Positions 47,461 through 56,619 of a DNA stretch of 64,000 nt are shown one piece after another. The translations under genes were made by a program, and so were the position numbers. Position 1 is the stretch's first letter, and every line of letters starts with the position of its first letter. The stretch is from a bacterium (GTDB taxonomy: Bacteria > Patescibacteriota > JABMPQ01 > JAUVWW01), in NCBI GenBank assembly GCA_030603885.1, contig JAUVWW010000001.1, positions 70,716 through 134,715 of the forward strand, written 5' to 3'. The notes below the pieces were generated by a model. It searched no databases. It was given only the letters and a program-made list of their open reading frames with translations, and was not told where the DNA came from.

Positions 47461-49983
47461 ATGCCTATAGAGCCTACAATTGAAGCAATCGATTGGTACA
47501 TGGTTGGCTTTGTGGCCTTATTTGTGGCAATTTGTTTGGTTTTTGTACTGGCGGTCTTAGCTTTTGTTTTTAGATTTTTGAGATCCCGAAACATGGTTCC
47601 CAAATCCTTGAATATGGTTACTCTTTTGGTGATGGTTCCAAGAGAGCTAAGGGAGAAAGAGGCAGAGCCCAAAAAAGAAGAAAAAGATATCATTTCTGTA
47701 GCTGAGACTATGTTTGCCAATTTATCTGCTATCAAAGTTCGAGCCAATTGGATGAAGAATCTTCTTTTGGGAAGAGATTATCTTAGCTTTGAGTTGGTAG
47801 CCGTAAAAGAAGAAATTTGTTTTTATGTAGTTACCCCAAGGTATCTACAATCGTTTATAGAAAAGCAGATCCATTCTCAATATCCAAAAGCCTTAGTTCA
47901 AGAAGCAGGAGAATATAATATCTTTCAGCCAAAAGGCTTTGTTAAAGGAACCACATTAAAATTCGCCAAAAGATATTATCTTCCTATAAAAACTTATAAA
48001 ACTTTAGAGACAGATCCTCTAAATGCTTTAGCTGAAGCTTTGTCTAAGCTTTCTGAAAAAGAAGGAGCTTGCATCCAGATACTTATTAGACCTGCTCCAA
48101 AAGGTTGGGCAGCTAGAGGGAAAAAGATTGCCAGAGTCATGAAACAGGGAAAGAGTTTTGAGGAAGCTACTGGAAAAAATATTTTTTCTGAGATGTGGGC
48201 AGCTTTAACCAAGGAAGTTAAAAGAGCAGCTACTCCTGAAGAAGTAATAAAAATGAGACGTGCTTATGGATATGAGGAAGAGAAACCAAAAGTACTTACT
48301 CCCATGCAGGAAGAGATGGTCAAGGCTTTGGAGGAAAAAGCAGGCAAACTAGGATTTGAAACTAACATAAGAATAGTTGCCTCCTCAGATACAGAAGAAA
48401 AAGCTAAGATGCATCTGGATAACATAGTAGGAGCCTTTACTCAGTTTAGCCATCCTTATTTCAACAGTTTTAAATCAATTGGTGTTCCCAAAAAGAAATT
48501 AATTCGGGATTTTATCTTCCGTTATTTTGAAGAAGGTAAAAAATTTATTTGCAATACAGAAGAGCTAACTTCAATTTATCATTTTCCAACTAAATATCTA
48601 GAAGTTCCTCATGTAAAATGGCTTTTAGCTAAGCAAGCTCCACCTCCTTCTGATGCACCTAAAGAAGGCCTGCTTTTAGGAAAAAATATCTATCGAGGAG
48701 TAGAAACACCTGTCTATATCAAAGACGATGATAGACGTCGGCATATATACATGATTGGAATGACCGGGACTGGTAAATCTACCTTATTGCTAAACATGGC
48801 TGTTCAAGATATTAAAAATGGAAAAGGACTATGTGTTATTGATCCTCACGGAGATTTAATTGAAGCTATACTTGAGCATATTCCTAAAGAAAGAGCTGAC
48901 GATGTCATTCTCTTTGATCCTTCTGACTTGGAACGGCCTTTAGGCTTAAATATGCTTGAATGGAAAAGACCAGAGGAGAAAGATTCTGCTGTGGCAGAGA
49001 TGATTGCTATTTTTTACAAACTTTTTCCTCCGGAAATCATTGGTCCTATGTTTGAGCACAATATGCGTAATGCTATGTTGACTTTGATGGAGGATAAAGA
49101 ACATCCGGGAACCATTGCTGAAATCCCTAGGATGTTTACAGATACAGATTTTCAAAATTATAAACTAAAGAAAGTAAAAGATCCTGTGGTTAGAGCTTTT
49201 TGGGAAAAAGAGATGGCCAAGACTTCAGATTTTCATAAATCAGAGATGCTGGGATATTTAATTTCCAAAGTTGGTAGATTTGTGGAAAATGAAATGATGA
49301 GAAATATTATTGGCCAGGCAAAATCGGCTTTTGATGTAAGAGAAGTTATGGACGAAGGGAAAATTTTACTAGTTAATCTTTGTAAGGGTAAAGTGGGAGA
49401 AATAAATAGTCATCTTTTGGGTTTAATTTTAGTTTCTAAAATTATGATGGCAGCACTTTCTCGAGTGGATACTCCAGAAAAGCAAAGAAGAGACTTCTAT
49501 CTTTATGTGGATGAGTTTCAAAACTTTGTCTCAGACACCTTTGTTTCTATTATTGCCGAGGCTCGAAAATATAGACTAAATCTTATTATTAGCCATCAAT
49601 TTATTGGTCAGCTAGATGAGAAAATGAGAGATGCAGTTTTAGGTAATGCCGGAACCTTTACGTGTTATAGAATAGGGGTTGAGGATGCAGAAATAGCAGC
49701 CAAGGAATTTGATCCTATCTTTGACCAAACAGATGTTATTAATATTGAAAGATTCAATCTATATTTACGCTTGATGATAAACAACACTGCCTCAAAGCCA
49801 TTTTCTATGGCTGCTTTTCCTCCTCCTCCAGGTGGATCAGAAGAAGTAGCCAAAGCTGTAAAAGAGCTCTCTAGACTAAAACATGGAAAAGAGAAAAAAG
49901 TAATAGAAACCGAAATTTTAGAGCGAGCTAAACTTGGAGCTCCAATTAGAGAAGCAGCCATGGGAAGAGAAGTGAGTCTGTAA
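47461..49983 (+). CDS. Membrane-anchored VirD4/TrwB/HerA-like ATPase (CPR type)
   Basis: N-terminal TM, DRRRHIYMIGMTGTGKS, IDPHGD, LYVDEFQNF, EARKYRL, HQFIGQL. Confidence 0.85.
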   Translation: MPIEPTIEAIDWYMVGFVALFVAICLVFVLAVLAFVFRFLRSRNMVPKSLNMVTLLVMVPRELREKEAEPKKEEKDIISVAETMFANLSAIKVRANWMKNLLLGRDYLSFELVAVKEEICFYVVTPRYLQSFIEKQIHSQYPKALVQEAGEYNIFQPKGFVKGTTLKFAKRYYLPIKTYKTLETDPLNALAEALSKLSEKEGACIQILIRPAPKGWAARGKKIARVMKQGKSFEEATGKNIFSEMWAALTKEVKRAATPEEVIKMRRAYGYEEEKPKVLTPMQEEMVKALEEKAGKLGFETNIRIVASSDTEEKAKMHLDNIVGAFTQFSHPYFNSFKSIGVPKKKLIRDFIFRYFEEGKKFICNTEELTSIYHFPTKYLEVPHVKWLLAKQAPPPSDAPKEGLLLGKNIYRGVETPVYIKDDDRRRHIYMIGMTGTGKSTLLLNMAVQDIKNGKGLCVIDPHGDLIEAILEHIPKERADDVILFDPSDLERPLGLNMLEWKRPEEKDSAVAEMIAIFYKLFPPEIIGPMFEHNMRNAMLTLMEDKEHPGTIAEIPRMFTDTDFQNYKLKKVKDPVVRAFWEKEMAKTSDFHKSEMLGYLISKVGRFVENEMMRNIIGQAKSAFDVREVMDEGKILLVNLCKGKVGEINSHLLGLILVSKIMMAALSRVDTPEKQRRDFYLYVDEFQNFVSDTFVSIIAEARKYRLNLIISHQFIGQLDEKMRDAVLGNAGTFTCYRIGVEDAEIAAKEFDPIFDQTDVINIERFNLYLRLMINNTASKPFSMAAFPPPPGGSEEVAKAVKELSRLKHGKEKKVIETEILERAKLGAPIREAAMGREVSL

Positions 49984-50032
49984 CAACTTAGAATTTAGCC
50001 AGTCCTAGGAAGAACAAAAAATAATCTAACAA

Positions 50033-50057
50033 CAGGTAAGGCTAAAAACCTTACCTG
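50033..50057 (+). terminator. Hairpin/terminator after ATPase gene
   Basis: caggtaagg-ctaaaaa-ccttacctg followed by AT-rich tract. Confidence 0.55.
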
Positions 50058-50103
50058 ATTTATTTTAGTTTAATTAAGAAATTTAGATTAATTTATAGAT
50101 TGT

Positions 50104-50132
50104 TTGACATGATTTTTAAACTACTTTATACT
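50104..50132 (+). promoter_or_regulatory. sigma70 promoter
   Basis: TTGACA-17 nt-TATACT. Confidence 0.7.
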
Positions 50133-50184
50133 AAAATAAGTTATTAACAACCTTCTAAATATAAAAACTCAAAAATAAAATAAT

Positions 50185-50232
50185 ATAAGAACCTCACCTT
50201 CGGTGAGAACCTTGATTCTTGCTTCGCTCGAA
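50185..50232. repeat. Dispersed hairpin repeat, copy 2
   Basis: ataagaacct-caccttcggtg-agaaccttgattcttgcttcgctcgaa; matches 32528-32572. Confidence 0.75.
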
Positions 50233-50251
50233 TTAAAAATATAAAAATAAA

Positions 50252-50866
50252 ATGCCAAAAAGAAAAATTAAGAAACAAAAAAACAAAGAAACACAAAAAC
50301 TAACTTCAATCCAGGAAATGATTACCTCTGCTGAAGCCAATCTTAAATCAGCCAAAGAGTTGCTTTTGGAAATTTTAGGAAAAGAGGCTAAGAGAGTGGG
50401 GCTTAAAAAAGAAGCTAAAAAACTTAAAGTTTTAGAAGAGGGGAAGATAATTGAAGGGATATTTGATGGCCGAAATATGATTGGGCCTGATGATCGGATT
50501 TACCCAATTCCGGCTAATTATGCCTCTAAATCCAAATTAGTCGAAGGAGATGTACTCAAGCTAACCATTGCTCCTGATGGCTCTTTTATTTTCAAACAGA
50601 TTGGACCGTGTGATAGAAAAAAGTTAATAGGAAAGGTAGTCAAAGAAAGCGAAGGAAATTATAAGGTATTGGCAAGCGGCAAATCTTATAAAGTGCTTTT
50701 AGCTTCTGTTACTTATTTCAAAGCTGAAGAAGGGGATGAAGTGACTATTGTAGTACCTAAAGAGAAAGAATCCACCTGGGCAGCCATTGAGAATTTAATA
50801 AAGAAGACAAAGGAGTCTGTTCTAAGCTCTGCTGAAGCTGAAGAAGAGCTAGAGGAGATAGGATAG
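50252..50866 (+). CDS. Conserved hypothetical protein (IEGIFDG...PANYASKSKLVEGD)
   Basis: Clean ORF behind a consensus promoter; beta-rich C-terminal half; function unknown. Confidence 0.75.
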   Translation: MPKRKIKKQKNKETQKLTSIQEMITSAEANLKSAKELLLEILGKEAKRVGLKKEAKKLKVLEEGKIIEGIFDGRNMIGPDDRIYPIPANYASKSKLVEGDVLKLTIAPDGSFIFKQIGPCDRKKLIGKVVKESEGNYKVLASGKSYKVLLASVTYFKAEEGDEVTIVVPKEKESTWAAIENLIKKTKESVLSSAEAEEELEEIG

Positions 50867-50977
50867 ATATCGAGTATTAAAAACACATATCAAACATCAA
50901 AAATTTTGTGTATTTGGTTTGTGTTTTTTTATTTTTTCATGTTATAATTCATCTAGAAGTGTTCTTAAGTAAGACTT

Positions 50978-51430
50978 GTGAAACTTATCAAAAAAATCTT
51001 CCAAAGATTTCCGACTCTCCTACAGTTTATAAAATTTGCTATTATAGGTGTCTTGAATACGGCTATTGATTTTGGTATCCTCAACCTCTTGATGTGGGGT
51101 TTTGGAATGTATAAAGGAAGCTGGATATTGCTATTTAACACCATTTCTTTTTCAATTGCTGCTACCAATAGCTATTTTATTAATAAATATTGGACATTTG
51201 GTGAGCTCTCAAAAATAAGAGCAGGTCAGTTTGCTAAGTTTTTCATTATTAGTTTTGGAGGAGCGGTGATAAATTCTGGCATCGTCTTTAGCATCACCAC
51301 TTTCATTCCTCCCGTCTTTGGTTTATCCGAAGAACTTTGGGCCAATTTTGCCAAGGTAATAGCTACTGCCATTGCTTGGATTTGGAACTTCACCATGTAT
51401 AAATTTGTGGTATTCAAAAAAGCCTCATAA
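50978..51430 (+). CDS. GtrA-family membrane protein
   Basis: QFIKFAIIGVLNTAIDF, NSYFINKYWTF, WNFTMYKFVVFK. Confidence 0.9.
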   Translation: MKLIKKIFQRFPTLLQFIKFAIIGVLNTAIDFGILNLLMWGFGMYKGSWILLFNTISFSIAATNSYFINKYWTFGELSKIRAGQFAKFFIISFGGAVINSGIVFSITTFIPPVFGLSEELWANFAKVIATAIAWIWNFTMYKFVVFKKAS

Positions 51431-51447
51431 AACTTAGTTAGTTTGAT

Positions 51448-52977
51448 ATGTACATCGCTTTATATCGAAAATATAGACCTAAAACCTTCTCTGAAGTAGT
51501 CAATCAAGAGCATGTAAAAAGAACTCTTATGAATGCCTTGAAACTAGATAAGGTCTCTCATGCTTATCTTTTTTGCGGACAGAGAGGAGTGGGGAAGACC
51601 ACCATAGCTAGAATTTTAGCCAAAGCAGTAAACTGTACCTCAAGGAAAGGAGCCGAGCCTTGTAATAAATGCGAGGCTTGTCAAGAAGTTATGCAGGGAA
51701 GATCTTTAGATCTAATTGAAATTGATGCTGCCTCAACTAGAGGGATAGATGAAATTAGAGAACTTAGAGAAAAGATAAAGTTTTCTCCCACAAGACTAAA
51801 ATACAAAGTATTTATTATCGATGAAGTACACATGTTAACCATAGAAGCCTTTAATGCTCTCCTAAAGACTTTAGAAGAGCCTCCGGCCCATGCCATTTTT
51901 GCTCTATGTACTACAGCGCCTCATAAAATTCCAGCCACTATATTATCTAGATGCCAAAGATTTGATTTTAAAAAAATAGGTCAAAAAGAGATTGTCGAAC
52001 ATCTAAGTAGTATTGCTAAGAAAGAAAAAATAAAAATAGATAAAGAAGCTTTAGAACTGATAGCTGCTAATTCTTCAGGCTCAGATAGAGATGCCCTTAG
52101 TCTTCTTGCTCAAGTTATAGCCTATGAAGATAAACATATCACTTTAGAGGAAGTTAAGTCTATTTTAGGCATTCCAGACCTTAGGGCAGCCCAAGACCTT
52201 GTAGAATTTTTAGCTCAAGGAAAGGCTGCAGAAGCTGTAAAACTAGTAAATGACGTCAATCAAAGTGGATATGATCTTGTACAATTCACAAAAAATATAA
52301 TAGCCTATCTTCGTCAAATTTTATTACTCAAGGTATCAAAACACCTAGTTTCTACTTTAGACCAAGAACAGCTCAAAAAAGCAATGGCCCAGGCTAAGCT
52401 TTTAACACACGAGCAAATATTAAACTGGATAGAGTTGTTTAATAATGCCAGAAGAAACATAGCTTCAAGTGTTTTGCCTCAACTTCCTTTAGAACTTGCT
52501 TGTGTGGAAGCAACTCAGCAAATAGCAAATAGCCAACAGCCAACAGCTAGAAATCCAAAGTCAGGACTGAAAGAAGCCGAATCAAAGAATAATACTAAGC
52601 ATGTTCCAGTAGTCTCTAACTCACAAACTAAATCAGCTCTGACCATTCAACAAATTCAGCAAAAATGGCCGGACTTTTTGACTAAAGTAAGATCTCAGAG
52701 TCACGGACTTAGTATTTTTCTAAGATCGGCAGAGCCTGTGGGGATGAAAGGGAACCAGCTGATCCTAGTTTGTGAACATGATTTTCAAAAAGAAAGAATT
52801 CGGGACCATAAAAATTTAGAATTATTGGAAAGACTTCTTGAACAAATTTATGGTTCAAAGTTAACTTTGAAATGCATATCCAAAGAGGATCTGCCAAGCC
52901 AAGAACAAAATAAAAAACAAAATTCCAAACTTCTTAATACTGCTTTGAAGGTTTTTGGTGGAGAAGTAGTAGAATAA
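51448..52977 (+). CDS. dnaX: DNA polymerase III gamma/tau subunit
   Basis: LYRKYRP, GQRGVGKTT, EIDAAS, DEVHML, LLKTLEEPP, SRCQRF. Confidence 0.97.
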   Translation: MYIALYRKYRPKTFSEVVNQEHVKRTLMNALKLDKVSHAYLFCGQRGVGKTTIARILAKAVNCTSRKGAEPCNKCEACQEVMQGRSLDLIEIDAASTRGIDEIRELREKIKFSPTRLKYKVFIIDEVHMLTIEAFNALLKTLEEPPAHAIFALCTTAPHKIPATILSRCQRFDFKKIGQKEIVEHLSSIAKKEKIKIDKEALELIAANSSGSDRDALSLLAQVIAYEDKHITLEEVKSILGIPDLRAAQDLVEFLAQGKAAEAVKLVNDVNQSGYDLVQFTKNIIAYLRQILLLKVSKHLVSTLDQEQLKKAMAQAKLLTHEQILNWIELFNNARRNIASSVLPQLPLELACVEATQQIANSQQPTARNPKSGLKEAESKNNTKHVPVVSNSQTKSALTIQQIQQKWPDFLTKVRSQSHGLSIFLRSAEPVGMKGNQLILVCEHDFQKERIRDHKNLELLERLLEQIYGSKLTLKCISKEDLPSQEQNKKQNSKLLNTALKVFGGEVVE

Positions 52978-52992
52978 AATTAACAATTAAGA

Positions 52993-54018
52993 ATGATTGA
53001 GATAGATGGCTCATACAAAGAGGGTGGGGGACAGATTTTGAGGACAGCTACCTTGCTTTCTTGTGTGACAGGAAAAGCCTGCCATATTTTTAATATTAGA
53101 AAAGCAAGACCTAAGCCAGGACTGGCTATTCAGCATTTACTAGGACTAGAAGCTTTAGCTAGACTATGCAATGCTAAATTAAAGGGAGCTCATCTTAGAA
53201 GCCAAGAGATTTGGTTTGAACCAACGAAGATTCAGGCTAAGCCTCTGGTAGTAGAAATTCCTACCGCAGGTAGTATAACTTTAGTCTTACAGACTTTAAT
53301 AATCCCAGCTTCTCAAGCAGAAAAACCGATTAAAATACATTTTAAGGGAGGAGCCACAGATACTCATTTTGCTCCAACAATAAACTATCTTCAATATGTC
53401 TTGCTGCCCATAATCTCTAAGATAGGCTATAAAATAAAGATAGACATAAAAAGAAGGGGATATTATCCAAAAGGAGGAGCAGAAGTCGAGGTTTTAGTCT
53501 ATCCAGTTAAAGAAATTAGGCCTCTTAAGCTAACTAATGCAGGCAAGCTTCGTAATATTTCTATTTTGTCATGCGCTTCTAAATATCTAGAAAAGGCAAA
53601 AGTAGCCGAAAGACAGGCTGAGGCTGCTGAAAAATTACTAATATCTAGTATTCAATATCCAATCTCTAAAAAGATTAAATATCTTGATACACTTTGTCCT
53701 GGTTCAAGCATTGATATCTTAGCTGAATTTGAAAATACTGTCCTAGGTGCTAATGCTTTAGGTAAAATAGGAAAGCGAGCTGAAGTAGTAGGAAAGGAAG
53801 CAGCTAAAATTTTACTTAAAGATCTATCTACAAAAACTTGTTTAGATAGACACATGACTGATCAGATACTTTCTTATATAGCCTTATCTAAAGGCACAAG
53901 CCAACTCTCAGTTGCCCAGGTAACCAATCATTGTCTAACCACCATGTGGGTGATTGAGAAGTTTATAGATGGAAAGTTTGAAATAAAAGAAAATATTATA
54001 AAATGGATTCCTTTTTAA
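52993..54018 (+). CDS. rtcA: RNA 3'-terminal phosphate cyclase
   Basis: IDGSYKEGGGQILR, RPKPGL..QHL, RRGYYPKGG, DRHMTDQ (catalytic His). Confidence 0.92.
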   Translation: MIEIDGSYKEGGGQILRTATLLSCVTGKACHIFNIRKARPKPGLAIQHLLGLEALARLCNAKLKGAHLRSQEIWFEPTKIQAKPLVVEIPTAGSITLVLQTLIIPASQAEKPIKIHFKGGATDTHFAPTINYLQYVLLPIISKIGYKIKIDIKRRGYYPKGGAEVEVLVYPVKEIRPLKLTNAGKLRNISILSCASKYLEKAKVAERQAEAAEKLLISSIQYPISKKIKYLDTLCPGSSIDILAEFENTVLGANALGKIGKRAEVVGKEAAKILLKDLSTKTCLDRHMTDQILSYIALSKGTSQLSVAQVTNHCLTTMWVIEKFIDGKFEIKENIIKWIPF

Positions 54019-54019
54019 C

Positions 54020-55219
54020 ATGAACCAAATTTTTCTTGGAGCAATAAGTTTAATCATTGGCTATGGTTTAGGATCTATATCGATTTCTTATTTTTTAGGG
54101 AGATGGCTTAGAGGAATTGATATTAGAGAACATGGAACCAAGAAGACCGGAACAACTAATACTTACCTTGTTTTGGGTTTATGGCCAGCTGTTGCCACTG
54201 GTATATATGATTTATCAAAAGGTCTGGTTGCCATGGCTATAGCTCACTATCTTTTAGGGGCTCCTGAAATTTTTGTCTATTCTGCCGGTGTTCTTGCTAT
54301 TGTAGGACATATTTTTCCATTCTATTTGAAATTTAAAGGAGGACAAGGGGTGGCCACAGCTTTAGGTCTTCTTTTTTATTTTCTTTTTATTTTTGTTACA
54401 AAGCAGTGGTTTACTTGGCTTGGTCTTTTTATATTAGCTGGTTTATCTTTAATCTTTTTGTTCGTTTCAAGGCGCACTGGCTCTATTATTGGTCTTGCCA
54501 TCATTCCTAGTTTTTTAGTTTTTCTTTATCTTGACGCTCCTTTAAATTTACAAAGTATCTTTTTGGGCATCATTTTACTTTTTATTTTATACATTAATAT
54601 CTTTAATATTAAAAAGGATCATCTGATTCAAATCCCCAAGGAAAAGATTCCCGATGTTTCTAGTTGGCGTACAATCCTTCGACCTTTGGCTGTAATTTTT
54701 CCTCTTCTTTATTTTGTGATTGAAAAAAGAACGCTGTTGGTTCTTGTAGGTGGTGTAGCATTGTTCTTTATTATTGTAGATATTGTAAGGTTGATCTCTA
54801 GAAAAATTAATGTATTGCTTATCAAGGCAATCTTTATTAAACCTAAAGAGCTAAAAGTATTTTCTTCAATGAGCTTTTTTCTTATGGCTAGTTTTATAAC
54901 GATTTTGATTTTTAACAAAGAGATTGCTATTTTAGCTTTGACTTTTCTAATTTTTGGAGATTTATTTTCTAAAATTTTTGGCTCAGCTTTTGGAAAAATT
55001 AAATTCTTTAAAAAGTCTTTGGAAGGAAGTTTAACTTATTTCGCCACTTGTCTAGTCATAGGTTACATCTTTATTCATTTTATTTCCTTACCATTTTGGG
55101 TAATTTTAGTTGGCGGTTTGGCTGCTGCTATTACAGAAGTCTTGCCCATTGGTATAGATGATAATTTTACAGTGGCTCTGATTAGTTCAGCGGTGATGGA
55201 AGTTACAAAGGTGTTTTAA
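54020..55219 (+). CDS. plsY: PlsY-like acyltransferase fused to a CTP-dependent polyprenol/diacylglycerol kinase-like domain
   Basis: N-half GYGLGSI, DIREHG...GTTN, GHIFP..LKFKGGQGVAT; C-half FGDLFS..FG..FG...KKSLEGS, IDDNFTV. Confidence 0.8.
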   Translation: MNQIFLGAISLIIGYGLGSISISYFLGRWLRGIDIREHGTKKTGTTNTYLVLGLWPAVATGIYDLSKGLVAMAIAHYLLGAPEIFVYSAGVLAIVGHIFPFYLKFKGGQGVATALGLLFYFLFIFVTKQWFTWLGLFILAGLSLIFLFVSRRTGSIIGLAIIPSFLVFLYLDAPLNLQSIFLGIILLFILYINIFNIKKDHLIQIPKEKIPDVSSWRTILRPLAVIFPLLYFVIEKRTLLVLVGGVALFFIIVDIVRLISRKINVLLIKAIFIKPKELKVFSSMSFFLMASFITILIFNKEIAILALTFLIFGDLFSKIFGSAFGKIKFFKKSLEGSLTYFATCLVIGYIFIHFISLPFWVILVGGLAAAITEVLPIGIDDNFTVALISSAVMEVTKVF

Positions 55220-55265
55220 GGATATAATTAAAATAAGAGATATTAATTATTAATCTAATAAATTT

Positions 55266-55574
55266 ATGAAAACAACCCCATCTCTAATCGGTTTTCTTGA
55301 GGCTCTAGGTGTCAGCATTTACTGTGCTTTAATTGCTTGGTTATTTTCTTTTATGGAAAAGTTCTTTGCTGGGCCTGGCTATACAAACATTGCTCTGATG
55401 CTGATTCTGCTTGTCTTCTCAGCAGCAGTCTGTGGCTTTCTTGTTTTTGGTTATCCTGTCTACCTAATTTTAAACAAACAGACAAAGAAAGCTCTATTTA
55501 TTCTTGGCTTTTGTGCTCTTTGGTTTGTAGGCATTATCTTAGTTTCGATTATACTAATATTGGTCTTTAAATAA
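55266..55574 (+). CDS. Small membrane protein
   Basis: Three hydrophobic helices, LVFSAAVCGFLVFGYP. Confidence 0.7.
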   Translation: MKTTPSLIGFLEALGVSIYCALIAWLFSFMEKFFAGPGYTNIALMLILLVFSAAVCGFLVFGYPVYLILNKQTKKALFILGFCALWFVGIILVSIILILVFK

Positions 55575-55588
55575 ATATAAGATTTAAA

Positions 55589-56458
55589 ATGTTTAAATCA
55601 GTCATCAAATACCTTGCCATTGTTTTTGGCATCTCTTGGCTTATTGCTTTGGGTATTTATCTTGGTGGAGGACTGGGAAGCATTGCTGTCTTAGGATTGT
55701 ATCCTTACATGCTTGTTCCTGCTTTTGGTGCTTTTATTATGAGAAAGTTTGTGACCAAAGAAGGATTTAGGAACTCTGGTTTGAGATTTGGAAAACCAAG
55801 ATACTATCTCTATGCTTGGTTGATCATTGTAGGAATAATTGGTTTAGCTTATCTCTTAACAGTTCTTTTTGGCCTTTGTGATTGGGATTTAGGTTTAAGC
55901 AAACTGCCAAAGGAAATTTGGCAAAGTCTTCCAGAGGGATTTTCACCACTTTTACTCTTTGGAATAATCTTTTTTGCCAACACCACCATTGGTCCTATTC
56001 TTGGCATTCCCTTTACCTTCGGTGAAGAGTATGGTTGGCGAAGTTATTTGTTGCCTAAACTTTTACCCCTTGGTCGCTATAGGGCTCTAATTCTGCACGG
56101 AGCTATCTGGGGTCTTTGGCATGCACCAATAATTTTGATGGGTCATAATTATCCTGGCTATCCTTTATTAGGTGTATTTTTAATGATTATATTTTGTATT
56201 CTAGCTGGCATAATCCTAGGTTGGCTCTATTTTGCTTCAGGCAGTATCTTTGTCCCAGCTTTTGCTCATGGGGTAATGAATAATACTGCCTCAGCTTTGA
56301 TACTTATTGTCACTTTATTTAATCTTACTTTAGGAGGAATTACCGGAGCAATTGGTTTAGGGATTTTACTTTTAACCGTTTTAGTTCTTTATTGGACAAA
56401 AGCATTAAATAAAATTGATATTAAAAATTTACTAGTCGAAAAAAGGAGAAGTGAATAA
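55589..56458 (+). CDS. CPBP/Abi (CAAX-like) intramembrane protease
   Basis: GEEYGWRSYL, WGLWHAP, AHGVMN. Confidence 0.92.
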   Translation: MFKSVIKYLAIVFGISWLIALGIYLGGGLGSIAVLGLYPYMLVPAFGAFIMRKFVTKEGFRNSGLRFGKPRYYLYAWLIIVGIIGLAYLLTVLFGLCDWDLGLSKLPKEIWQSLPEGFSPLLLFGIIFFANTTIGPILGIPFTFGEEYGWRSYLLPKLLPLGRYRALILHGAIWGLWHAPIILMGHNYPGYPLLGVFLMIIFCILAGIILGWLYFASGSIFVPAFAHGVMNNTASALILIVTLFNLTLGGITGAIGLGILLLTVLVLYWTKALNKIDIKNLLVEKRRSE

Positions 56459-56484
56459 TTTCCTTAGTCAAAAATTAAATTACT

Positions 56485-56508
56485 CTGCCACATTTTTGGC
56501 AGTTTTTT
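56485..56508 (+). terminator. Intrinsic terminator
   Basis: ctgcca-catttt-tggcag followed by T-run. Confidence 0.55.
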
Positions 56509-56619
56509 ATTTGACAAGAAATTTAAAGCCTTGTGAAAAACAAAAAAGAATGATAAAGTAAAATAAGAAGTAACTTTAAAGAATTAATAAAACAGAAACA
56601 ACTTCATATAAAGGAATCC

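Noticed and set aside
50252-50866. Ribosomal protein L7/L12 label
   Set aside because: Lacks the L7/L12 C-terminal motifs
52375-52381. dnaX -1 frameshift site (aaaaaag)
   Set aside because: Not phased as A AAA AAG, lies within domain III, and has no evident downstream hairpin
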